Part shown: positions 10,101-19,582 of the stretch, piece by piece
Position numbering within the stretch: position 1 is the first letter of the stretch
Layout: each line of letters starts with the position of its first letter
The notes under the pieces: generated by a model
The model's database searches: none
What the model saw: only the letters and a program-made list of their open reading frames with translations
What the model was told of the DNA's origin: nothing
Source of the DNA: Torpedo marmorata
Taxonomy: Eukaryota
Assembly: GCA_977017645.1 (NCBI GenBank)
Contig: OZ360253.1
Coordinates: 29,698,001-29,762,000, forward strand
Direction of reading: 5' to 3'
Length of the DNA: 64,000 nucleotides
Made by a program: the position numbers and the translations under genes

Positions 10101-11033
10101 TTAATTTCGTCAGAAATGGATGAAAGTGAAGTATTAGAAGATGTTGCAAATAATACTATTGATCATTCATGTGTAATTGAATCAAATACAGGAATAAAAC
10201 AAGTGACTGAAAACAAATCTGAATGTAGATTTTGTAGTTCAGAGATTACAACAGACAAAGCTAATGAAGAATTATTGCAATGTGATGTAAAACTGGAGAA
10301 CACAGAAAATTGTGCTGATGGAATAAAGAATAATGTGAATGATAATTTAATGCAATTGAATTCAGAGAACAAAATGTTGAAAGGGGAATTGGAAATATTA
10401 GATAATCAAGAAAACAGTAAACAGAAAGATTTAATTGTAAGTAAAACTCGCAAAGTCAGAAAGCGGAAGAAAAGAATAACTGCTGAAGAAATGAATACAG
10501 TTATCGAGGAAAGAGATTCAGCATTATCAAAATGTAAAAGGTTGGAGGAAGAGATTAATGTTTTAAAAGAGAACAAGTTATTTGTTAATAACACAAAACA
10601 ATTAACAATACAGAAAGAATGTGATATTGCATTGCAAAAATGTAACAAACAAGATGAAGAAATTAAAAAATTTCAAGTTTGTCACAACAGGATTGACAAT
10701 GGAAATATCAATGTATCACATGATATTTTGACTTCGGATCAAATTATTAATTTCTCGGAAAGAACTGAGACCGATTTGAAAGTTGCGAAATTGGACTTAG
10801 AATTGCAGGAAAGAGCAATAGAAACCAGAGTGGTTAAACAGACCTGTTTAAAATCGAAAGGATCAGATAAATATTCAAATTCTAATTCTAAGAGTTTAAA
10901 TTCTTCACATGAGAAGTGGAATACTGAAGAAAGGAATAAAGTGAAACGACGTGCTGAAGAAGTGCCTCATGTTAAATTCAAAAGGAAAACTGTATCTATT
11001 TTGTCTGAAGAAGATTTGAGGTTTACTGATTGA
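7164..11033 (+). CDS. BEL/Pao SAP-Gag-protease polyprotein with a MIPOL1-like coiled-coil C-terminal extension
   Basis: First ATG at 7164 (aaaATGG). SAP-like MKVSDIKEELKRLKKDISGNKKVLIERL; BEL Gag LPKKEIQTFDGDPLQY; three Cys/His knuckles; protease YAFLDPGST and GPYAIRTMLGWAINGP; tail includes RITAEEMNTVIEERDSALSKCKRLEEE. Confidence 0.88.
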   Translation: MAAAATDTAATDISAADAATADVAVEDQRIEDMKVSDIKEELKRLKKDISGNKKVLIERLKLAKDEEAASLVEQEDNLEMAEIVSTNDEEIKVVEDAKDIQFELDKEVSMKTAYELQDDIQASDSVSNAVSRRSKRSSGSSSRVSRTSSSASSRTKVDVKLAALLAQQKTLKDKYILEEEEEQLRQKEEQLKEQLRQKGEQVKEQLRQKEEQLKEQLRQKEEQLKEQLRQEEEQLRQNEKQLMKQLRQEKEQLRKRKEQQELEANTAIAKAEKKAIEGSMVSGASSKLSKLSDNKRSYFKKESQEKKPTKRIDILEPRIQNLHIQGQTFQEHIGIESHVPIITSESKAAAWVRSNEATSLLYESSIRNMEETTPVRFPDTLHATRDGEQSNVLSSKERQNEIAASLFQLQSLSSLPKKEIQTFDGDPLQYQSFMRSFKRNIEDKCQDRDECLYYLEMFTKGHPKELVKSCKQMSSGRGLDKAKDLLEQYFGNKHRIALAYMDKALKWTSIKQNDVKALQEFTLFLRGCCNAMEEINSIREHDVHSNMRIILEKLPYKVWDRWRNLACDLQVNYGRKITLKDLVNFLERQVYVETDPLYGNTRDNSMGKDVKKSNTQSSPKLKRSTFATNVQVISKENDKVNKEKESLPNEKSCLFCKGGHALEMCLQLEKKEHKEKIAFLKENGICFSCLCKGHISKNCEKRINCNICNLKHPRNLHIHNRNKELEKEQTETKETTENNVITSVQTSGLTGAGVNNCKLSIVPVQVKAKKGDVIVKTYAFLDPGSTASFCTEGLMNKLNIQGRRSRIMLKTMGQEKVVETNIVSGLEVAGLDDKKFCDLPSVYTQKTMPVNEGNIPHQRDIHHLAYLWKVYLPEINSEIEMLIGSDVPKVLVPKEVIESKRNGPYAIRTMLGWAINGPMERNNDIAQEQVAININKISVEKVEELSEEQKTVNKKITYEEKKTDQCENKSMVFKTTLKELISSEMDESEVLEDVANNTIDHSCVIESNTGIKQVTENKSECRFCSSEITTDKANEELLQCDVKLENTENCADGIKNNVNDNLMQLNSENKMLKGELEILDNQENSKQKDLIVSKTRKVRKRKKRITAEEMNTVIEERDSALSKCKRLEEEINVLKENKLFVNNTKQLTIQKECDIALQKCNKQDEEIKKFQVCHNRIDNGNINVSHDILTSDQIINFSERTETDLKVAKLDLELQERAIETRVVKQTCLKSKGSDKYSNSNSKSLNSSHEKWNTEERNKVKRRAEEVPHVKFKRKTVSILSEEDLRFTD
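7700..7935 (+). repeat. In-frame coding tandem repeat (33-bp unit built from 12-bp and 21-bp subunits; EQLKEQLRQKE)
   Basis: GAGGAGCAGCTAAAGGAGCAGCTAAGACAAAAG repeated about 5-6 times, plus partial units. Confidence 0.9.
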
Positions 11034-11072
11034 CGTTTTAACTCAGATTTGAAGATGAAAGAACTTTAAAGA

Positions 11073-11252
11073 GACATTGTGATTATTATGGATAATTCAA
11101 CTTCAAGAAACTTCTGGTTACTTGGAAAAATTATTGAGATTTTTCAAGACAAAAGAAGACTTGTGCGTCAAATGTGAATTAAAACTAAGACTGGTTTTCT
11201 AAACAGACCTATTAACAAGGTCTGTCTTTTGTTGGAGACAGAGGAACTTTGA
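11073..11252 (+). pseudogene. Remnant of the BEL/Pao Pol extreme C-terminus (post-integrase domain)
   Basis: DIVIIMDNSTSRNFWLLGKIIEIFQDKRRLVRQM*IKTKTGFLNRPINKVCLLLETEEL*, with one internal stop. Confidence 0.85.
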
Positions 11253-11456
11253 TAAATATAAACTGACTTTATTTGTTGTTGTATATTTCACAGGTTACAG
11301 ACTTTTGTTGAATCAGAGTTATGGTAAACTCTAGATTTATGAAGAAGGAAGAAAGAAGATTTGTATTGTTTTGAATGTTATGGTTATTGTTATTTATAAT
11401 TTATAGTGTAATTATTATTCAAGACATTACGTCTAATTATAATAACTAGGGGCCGG

Positions 11457-12106
11457 TGTAAGAGCCGTAGGCTCGTTAACTTACCGTTGTTGCGGCGCTC
11501 CGATGTCTCGTCGGGCCTTGGAGCGCTCGCGTTGTTCTGTAGGCCGTTCTCGGAGCGCTCCGAGGCCACGTCGGGCCATGGAGCGCTCGCGTTGTTCTGG
11601 AGGCTGTCGTCGGCCCGTTCTTTGCTCTGCGCATGCGCAGGAGTGCCGACGGGCGCATGCGCAGTGTGGAGTGACGTCATTGTGCGCGTTGCAGTCTGGG
11701 AAATGTAGTATGCGCGGGGTAGGATGCGCAGTGGTTTAGGAGCTAATGGGCATGCGCAAATCAAGAATAGAGGGAGAGAAAAAGGAAAGGAATAAGATGT
11801 TTGGAGGGTGAGTGAGGTCTCCACATCTTTATTGACCGTTTTATAGCGTTTTCATATCGTTTAACATCATTTTACAGTGTTTCATATTGTTTTGGAATTG
11901 TTTAAAGAATCATTTAAAGGAACACTTCATACATCATTTCAAGAACTGTTTATATTAAAGTCATTGAAGATTACTGCAAGTCATGTGTGAAAATAAAGGT
12001 TTTGAACATATTGGACTTTGTTAGTAAATTAATTAAAACGCGTCAAAGACAAGTATCTCACTTAGTCTCCAGGTGACTATTGGAAGATCGAAGTCACCGT
12101 AATACA
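11457..12106 (+). repeat. 3' LTR of the BEL/Pao element
   Basis: TGTAAGAGCC...CGTAATACA with TG..CA termini; same length as the 5' LTR. Confidence 0.93.
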
Positions 12107-12698
12107 CCTCTTCCCGTTATTTGGAAGGCAAATCAATGCAAAGGCTTGGGTTTCAATTGCCATCTTTGAAGTTTGGTTCTTGAACCATTTTGTCCCTGCT
12201 GTTGAACGTTATTGCTTGGCCAAGAAAATTCCTTTCAAGATTCTCCTTGTGCTTGACAACATACCCGGACATCCAAGTACTTTAGATGACCTTCACCCCA
12301 ATGTAAATTTACCCCCCCCCCCAACACCACATCGGTACTTCAGCCAATGGATCAGGGAGTCATAGCCTCCTTTAAGGCCTATTATTTACAGCGGACCTTC
12401 TCACAAGCAGTCAGGGCTACCCCAGATGATTTGATCTTAAGTGAGTTAACATCTACGATGCCATCAAAAATATTGCTGATTCTTGGGATGAAGTGAAGCA
12501 GTCAAATATGAAAGGAGTGTGGAACAAATTGTGCCCCCAATTCGTGCATGATTTTCAGGGGTTTACAGCTGACGACATCACCGAAGCCAGGCAAGCTGTG
12601 GTTGATATTGGTAATCAACTGCAGTTAGACATCAGTGAAAATGATGTCATAGAGTTACTCGACTCCCATGCCGAAGAACTGACCAATGAAGACCTTAT

Positions 12699-13628
12699 AA
12701 GACCTCCAACAGTGTTTCAATGATTTTCTCATACTATGTCTTGTTTAAGCTTAGAAAAAATTAGATATCATGTATTTGATTCATCGGTGAAATTTGAAGA
12801 TACATGGCGACCTTTTATGTCTTATTTTCATTTCATATGATGTAAATGTTTCTAATGTGAATAGATGTATTTACTCTTCCAGATGAGATATAGTCTTACC
12901 TTTGTTTTTTGATTTCAGAATCAGAATCAGTATTGTCATGAACAAGTCATGAAATTCGGTGTTTTGCGGCAGCATCATAGTGCAATTAACATTCATATTA
13001 TAACCATCTTACGACATTACTATATTAAAAAAAAAAAAATAATAGTGCACGAAAAGTAAGGCAGTGTCTTTGGTTCATTGATTATTCAGGAATCTGATGG
13101 CAGCGGGGAAGAAGCTGTCCTTGTGCCGTTGAGTGCTCGTCTTTAGGCTCCTGTACCTTTTTCCCGATGGTAGCAGAGTGAAGGGGGCATGGCCTGGGTG
13201 GTGGGGGTCTTTGAGGACGGAGGCTGCTTTTTTAAGACACCGCCTCATGTAGATGTCCTCGATGGAGTGAAGTCTGGTGCCTGTGATGTCACAGGCCGAG
13301 TTAACAACCCTCTGGAGTTTACTCTTGTCCTGAGAGTTACGGTAGGAACCAAAAACTACAAAATATATGTAACCCTCAGGATAAGCTGCTCAGCTGGTTG
13401 TTTTTTTTGATAGTTGTTTATTTTTTTTAATTAAAGTAGGTTAGGTGGAGCGGTTTTTTTTATATAATACTTTTGATGTTTTTTTTTTCATTTTCACCCA
13501 TTGCAGTGGAGTTTATACTGTTTCAAGTTTTATCTCAACATATGTGATATTGTATTTTCAGTTTCGTTCCCTTTTCTTCATTGTATTGTATTTCTTATAA
13601 AAACCAATAAAAAAGATTGAAAAAGAAA
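12699..13628 (+). mobile_element. 5'-truncated L1-like 3' end with an 11-bp TSD, containing a nested Rex/Babar fragment (about 12916-13330, minus strand)
   Basis: TSD GAAGACCTTAT at 12688-12698 and 13629-13639; LSLEKIRY motif; AATAAA tail. The nested piece ends in (TCAGAA)n. Confidence 0.8.
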
Positions 13629-14249
13629 GAAGACCTTATGGAACTAGAGCAGCATTTGTGGAAGAAGGCTGGGACCTAAAAACTCCAGAACCGAAAAAGT
13701 TTTTGACGAAAGAGTTAGCTGAAGCCTTTCGTCTCATTGAAGCAGGGATGGCAAACTTAGAGGAGCAAGATCCTAATACAGAGAGGTTCGCCAAAGTTTA
13801 CCGTACAGCTACCGAGGGCCTCAGCTGCTACAAGGCCATTTATGATGAGAAAAAGAAAAGTTCTGTACAAACCTCCCTTGATGCCGACTTCAAGAAATTG
13901 ACTCCAGTAGTTTTATATGCATAGAAAGGTAAAATATATACTAAGACAAACATTTGACTAACTGACGCTAAATAAGAACCGTATGTACCTGTTCCGACTT
14001 ACCTACAAATTCGACTTAAAGATAGACTTAGGAACGGATCTCGTTCATAACCCGGGGACTCCCCGTAATATGACACTGTTTTTAATTGCATGACAATAAA
14101 TTGAAACTAACTACAATCACAGCATCTGCAGACTTTATTGTTTCATTCCAAACATTTGAAATTGGTTTATTTGTCCTTAGCTTGAGGATGGGTTGTAGAA
14201 TCTGGGTTGAGGAGAGAGTTGTAGAATTGGGAGAATTTAATTTTGAATA

Positions 14250-14465
14250 TTAATTTTAACAACGCAGCACGGTTGAAGACACTCCGGCCCATGAAACCCG
14301 TGCCACCAAATTACACCCAATTAAAGAACCAACCCCGTACGATGTTGAAGGATGGGAGGAAACCGGAGCACCCAGGGAAAACCCACACAGGTCACAGGGA
14401 GAACTTACAGACCCGGGTTGCTGGCGTTGAAATAGCGTTGCGCTAACTGCTACACTAACCATGCC
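14250..14465 (-). mobile_element. HE1-like tRNA-derived V-SINE
   Basis: Reverse complement of the V-domain TGTGTGGGTTTTCCCTGGGTGCTCCGGTTTCCTCCCA plus a CR1-like tail. Confidence 0.75.
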
Positions 14466-14591
14466 AGTGACATGGCGTAGGGTAGGATTAGTGGAAGAAT
14501 GGGTGCTTGATGGTTGATGCAGACTCAGGGAGCTGAAGGGCCTGTTTTCATGCTGTATCTCTCTCTATGATTCTCTGATTCTGCACTTCCT

Positions 14592-15355
14592 GAAGTAAAA
14601 GCACGAATGTCTGCAGACACCGTGGTTGAAGTAAAAACACAATGCTGGAGAAACTCAGCAGGTCGAACAGTGTCCTTTAAATAGCAAAGGTAAAAATACA
14701 TAACTGACGTTTTGGGCTTGAGCCCTTCATCAAGGTATGGAAAAATGTCGGCAGGCGTCCGAACAAGATGGTGGGGGGGAGGGGCAGGAGGAGGAGCACA
14801 GTCCCACAGGCAGGAGCTAACAGGTGGATAAGGGAGGGAGGGCACACCAGCAAGCAGGGGGAGGGGGGGTGTCTCTGTGAATGGAGATGGAAGGGGGTGG
14901 AGAGCTGGAGGAAAGAAGACAGAGGGATGTGTGAGAACAGAGAGTAGGCTCGCAGAAATCGAAGTCGATGTTAATGCCATCCGAGATGGGACGGGTGGGT
15001 GTTGGGGGGAGTGGACAGGTGGGTGTTGGGGAGAGGGGACGGATGGGCAAAGACACAATGCTGGAGAAACTCAGCAGGTCAAACAATATACTTTATATAG
15101 CAAAGATAAAAATGCATAACCGACGTTTCGGGCTTGAGCCCTTCATCAAGGTATGGAAAAATGTCGGCAGGCATCCGAATAAAAGGGTAAGAGGGAGGTG
15201 TGGTCGCAAAGGCAGGAGGTAATAGAACAGTGTCCTGCCTTTGCAACCACACCTCCCCCCTTACCCTTTTGATCGGACGCCTGCCGACATTCTTCCATAC
15301 CTTGATGAAGGGCTCAAGCCCGAAACATCGGTTATGTATTTTTATCTTTGCATTG
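14592..15355. mobile_element. Penelope-like element terminal repeats (two tandem minus-strand copies, one inverted plus-strand copy)
   Basis: Repeated TGCTGGAGAAACTCAGCAGGTC and GATGAAGGGCTCAAGCCCGAAAC modules, plus the DGINIDF end of the GIY-YIG ORF. Confidence 0.8.
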
Positions 15356-15414
15356 TACAGAATCTCGTGTCAAGGAGAAAAGTAGATTCAAGAACCCTTT
15401 ATTGTCACGTCAGA

Positions 15415-15610
15415 GAGTAAAACTCCTGTTATCCAGAATTCAAGCAAACGGCAGCCTCAAGCAACTGGCAAAAAAGAAAATAGCAGAAAATAAATAGGTT
15501 AAAAAATAACCTCGCTATTAGTTCGCCAATCACGCAACCTCAAGCAACTGGAAAATTCACTTATCCAGCATCTTCCAAACCCCATCGGTGCCGGATACCA
15601 GGGGTTTTAA
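15415..15610. mobile_element. Tigger-type MITE (related inverted copy at about 56845-57063)
   Basis: Ends AGTAAAACTCCTGTTATCC ... GGATACCAGGGGTTTTA with internal CAAGCAACTGG repeats. Confidence 0.6.
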
Positions 15611-15970
15611 CCCATTGGTCTCCGTTTCCCTGCTTACAGGGACTACCAACAAGCTCATATACTCCGTGACCCCGTTTTACGGGACTGGTTTCATACCCAC
15701 CAGCCGGTTTGTACTGGTGCCTGTACTGTAGTTTAACCATGGACCCAGTTGGGAGTATATATTATGAAAGGTTAAAAATGGCTGGTGTCCAAAGGGTTAC
15801 TGTCTATCTTTGTATCCAGGGCCTGCTGAGTTTCTCCAGCACCTTTGTGCATTAACCACAATCACAGCATCTGCAGACTTTGTTTCAGTCCTTTTTAAAA
15901 AAAAATGTTTCAGAAGATTAGAGGCTCAAACCCAATGGCAGTTACAAAATCTCGGCAGAATTCTTCAATG

Positions 15971-16145
15971 CAGTAGTCACCCCTTATCCGCGGGGGATAT
16001 GTTCCAAGACCCCCAGCGGATGCCTGAAACCGCGGATAGTACCGAACCCTAAAAAGGGTTACTTGAACACAAGCACTGCGATACCGCGACAGTCGATCTG
16101 ATAACCGAGACGGCTACTAAGTGACTAACGGGCGGGTAGCGTATC
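15971..16145 (+). mobile_element. MER2-like Tigger non-autonomous element, cut by an assembly gap
   Basis: CAGTAGTCACCCCTTATCCGCGGGGGATATGTTCCAAGACCCCCAGCGGATGCCTGAAACCGCGGATAGTACCGAACCC matches the MER2-type left end. Confidence 0.7.
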
Positions 16146-16355
16146 NNNNNNNNNNNNNNNNNNNNNNNNNNNNNNNNNNNNNNNNNNNNNNNNNNNNNNN
16201 NNNNNNNNNNNNNNNNNNNNNNNNNNNNNNNNNNNNNNNNNNNNNNNNNNNNNNNNNNNNNNNNNNNNNNNNNNNNNNNNNNNNNNNNNNNNNNNNNNNN
16301 NNNNNNNNNNNNNNNNNNNNNNNNNNNNNNNNNNNNNNNNNNNNNNNNNNNNNNN
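16146..16355. other. Assembly gap
   Basis: Run of N. Confidence 1.
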
Positions 16356-16652
16356 GGAAGTGAGTAGGCTTCAGAACGTTCTTGGGAATGTTGTTTGACT
16401 GCATTGAATTCCTGGAGGTTATAGTGCAGAATCTCAATCTAAGAGCTCCGCCTGGCTCAAGACAATCTCCAACATCACTGATGCCTGGCAAGCTCTTTAG
16501 CAACAAAGTCAAGTTTATTGTCATCTGATTGCACAAGTACAAGCCGATGAAACAGCGTTCTCCGGTCCTCAGTGCAAAACATGCACACAACCAGACATAA
16601 CACACATACAATCAATACATATGCAGGACAAGGATTCATATATACATATATA

Positions 16653-16976
16653 CAGGTACAGTACCCCGTATCCGAAATGCCTGGGACCAGAAGTGTTTCG
16701 GATTTTGGAACACCATTTAAAAAATGCACTCATTCACTCAGACTTAAAGATACATGCATTCACATTACAATACAAACATTTACATATGCACAAATGAACT
16801 GAAGTAGACATATATTGAAAAATCTACACTCAATAATGCACTACTTACGTCCGCTACGTCCCGTTCTCTGATCGGGATTTCTGAACTCTATTACGTATTA
16901 CCTTATGGGACCACGGTCAAAAAAAGTTTCGGATTTTGGATCTTTTTGGGTATTCGGATAAGGGGTACTGTACCTG
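16653..16976. mobile_element. Tc1/mariner-Tigger MITE inserted at TA inside a Rex/Babar 3' fragment
   Basis: TIRs CAGGTACAGTACCCC / GGGGTACTGTACCTG flanked by TA on both sides. Confidence 0.85.
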
Positions 16977-17371
16977 TACCAATGAATAAATATTGTTTCA
17001 TGGTTTGTGTGAGCAATCCAAACTGATTGAAGTCTTATTAAAGAGTGAAACACGAAAGTCAGAAGACGCTATGATTGTCGTAAAAACATAAAAATGCTGG
17101 AGGAACTCTGCAGGTCACACAGGTACCTTCCCCAGATCAATTCTCACCTTTCCTCCCCTCTCCTCCTATGGCCTTTTGCCGGTTGGCCTGTGCTCCTCCC
17201 CTCTGCCACCTCTTCCCTCTCCGCCACCCTTTTTATTCAGGCACCTGGATACTTTTTGCTCATACCTTGAGGAAGGGCTCAGGCCAGAAACATTGGCTAT
17301 ATGTCCTTACCTCCTCGGACGCTGCGTGCCCTGCTGAGATCCTCCAGCACTTTTGTGTTTTTACTGAACTC

Positions 17372-17918
17372 TTTTTTTATTTTTAAATATTTTATTTTTT
17401 AATTTTCTCGAAAAGTCAAGATTCAAGATTTCAAGATTCAATTATTGTCATAGTAATAAGACAGTGTCATATTCCATGAAATTTCCTTTTGCCTGCTGCA
17501 AGGCAGACAGATTCGCCACCGGCAGAAATTGCCTAAGCGCCTCTAACATTCCTTACAGTCAGAGAAAGAGAAGCAAAAGAGAGTCCCCCCAGAGTCATCG
17601 AGTGTCCGTAGATTCGCATCCAGCGCTTCCGCAGCCACACAGAGTCCGGTCCACAATATAAACAAAAAATATAGTTTCCAATTATACACATTATTATTAA
17701 ACTCTCCCTCCCTCCAACTAAAAAGAAGAAACATAAAAAGGAAAAAATAAAACATACAGAAGGAAAAAGAAAATAAAAAACTAAACATACCGTCAGTGCT
17801 TACATTGATTTTTCAACCTTCTTGGAGGTGTTAAATATTTATACATTACATTGTACTGTACTTTAGGGTTTAAATTACAACTGGACACCAATATACTCTA
17901 GGTATAGTTGCCACACCT
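17372..17918 (-). mobile_element. Short L1-like 3' end with a 16-bp TSD
   Basis: TSD TGTTTTTACTGAACTC at 17356-17371 and 17919-17934; T-rich tail at the left end; a nested LINE tail with CAAGATT repeats. Confidence 0.7.
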
Positions 17919-18274
17919 TGTTTTTACTGAACTCAAGATTTTTTCCCCAGTTTCATGAGGCTCAGGAGGCAACCAAGAAAAGCAATGACAGCACTCTCAG
18001 ATGCAGAGGACACGAGGGTGCACTGATATAGAGTTACGTATGGAACTAGAACATTGAACCCAAAATCCGCTTTGTTGCCTCTTACTGAAATATACCCTAC
18101 CCTTTGACCCACATTCACCCACCCACCCATCTGATCTAAGGTGCTGGCACAATCTCCACTTCAATCCTTAACAAAGATCACACATCAAACTTTCTATGGA
18201 CCACTTATTCCCCTTTGGTTCCCCTGGCACTAAGTTGGTTTCATTCCATTGTTCGAGTTGACCACCAGACCACT

Positions 18275-18530
18275 GGGGCGGCACGGTTAGCGTAGCGATT
18301 AGCGCGACGCTGTTACAGCGCCAGCGACCCGGGTTAGATTCTGGCACTGTCCGTAAGAAGTTTGTACGTTCTTCCTGTGTCTGCGTGGGTTTCCTCCTGG
18401 TGTTCCGGTTTCCTCCCACCGTTCAAAACGAACCGGTGTTGTAATTTAATTGGGGTATTTGTGAGGCACGGGATCGTGGGCCGGAAGGGCCTGTTACCGT
18501 GCTGTATGTCTAAATTTAAATTGAAAATTT
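18275..18530 (+). mobile_element. HE1-like V-SINE
   Basis: tRNA-like A/B boxes, V-domain GTCTGCGTGGGTTTCCTCC..CCGGTTTCCTCCCAC, CR1-like tail and (TAAAT)n end. Confidence 0.88.
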
Positions 18531-19344
18531 AAACCACCTTGCTTCTATTATATCCCATCATTTTATTATACTAAAACACCTCTAAAAATTATTCATTTCC
18601 TTTTCTTCAAATGAAAACACCCCTGCAGGATTACAGAGTATTATTTTTTTCAGATCAGATCATGTCCCAGTTAAAATCTCTGCAACATAATCACTACACC
18701 CAGTGAGTAAGGAAGCAGAAAGCCATTAAGTCAGGTCTAGCTCGGATTTGAAATGGATTCATCGCCACTTCGAGTGGATGGTGGCTGGCTGACCTCACGT
18801 TTATTATTGGGAGTTTCCGGACATTATTTGGAGCTCAGAGGCAGTTCTAGAGATTAAGGTCAAGTGTCAGCTTGGTTAAAGTGATATTTTCTTCTGTTGG
18901 GTAAAAGGCTTCAGGTTGAGATCACATACAATGATCTAGGTGAACTTTTAACTTTCTTTTCAATTACAGTTGACACCAAGGTCTTGCCTATCTGTACAAG
19001 TGGAAAGTCACATGGATACAGTGTTGACCAAACCATCTTGAAAATGTGGACAATACTGCCCTTCAAATCAATTCCAAAGGTAGTAAGTAGGTAATTCAGC
19101 CAGTTTTCTTTGGGCAAACTGACTTGCGAGCACTTTAAAAAAAAATAATAATAATTAAAAAAAAAAAAAATGTTTAGGGCAACAGTTACTCTCCAGTTTA
19201 CCACCACCAATACCTGCCACCAATTGTTACATGCTAACAGCTTTCACCATTCCATAACAGCTCGGCGATGGGTTAACCATTTTCACGGAGGCAAACAACA
19301 ATGGGGCGCAGAAATGTGAGCAAGCTGAAATCAAGAAATTTCAA

Positions 19345-19582
19345 GGGCGGCGCAGTTAGCGCAACGCTGTTACAGCGTCAGCGACTGGGGTACGAATCCG
19401 GCGCTGTTTGTAAGGAGTTTGTACGTTCTCCCCGCGTCTGCGTGGGTTTCCTCCGGGTGCTCCGGTTTCCTCCCACAGTTCAAAAAACGTACCGGCATTG
19501 TAGGTCAATTGGGTTTATTTGGGCGGCACGTCTCGTGGGCTGAAAGGGCCTCTTACCGTGATGTATGTCGACATTTAAATTT
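19345..19582 (+). mobile_element. HE1-like V-SINE
   Basis: Same head, V-domain and tail layout as the copy at 18275. Confidence 0.88.

Larger units (their letters stand above)
6070..12106 (+). mobile_element. BEL/Pao LTR retrotransposon, non-autonomous (RT, RNase H and integrase absent)
   Basis: 650-bp direct LTRs, PPT-like TAGGGGCCGG before the 3' LTR, a BEL-type gag-protease ORF and a remnant of the Pol C-terminus at 11073-11252. Confidence 0.93.
4901..14065 (+). mobile_element. Tigger/pogo DNA transposon (TIGD1-like transposase pseudogene) split into pieces 4901-4964, 5633-6060, 12107-12698 and 13629-14065
   Basis: Collinear motifs: EMERLLIIWLDDQ, GWFNRFK...GEAAS, DQIFNVDET, KDRLTLLLGGNASGDFKLKPLLV, LPVIWKAN, FKILLVLDN, QPMDQGVI, ELTNEDL, QTSLD. 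The right end reads TAACCCGGGGACTCCCCG followed by TA. Confidence 0.88.

Noticed and set aside
7137-11033. The 1298-aa ORF as an ordinary host gene or the true MIPOL1 locus
   Set aside because: It is intronless, lies between two near-identical LTRs and is mostly Gag-protease. Only short segments are MIPOL1-like.
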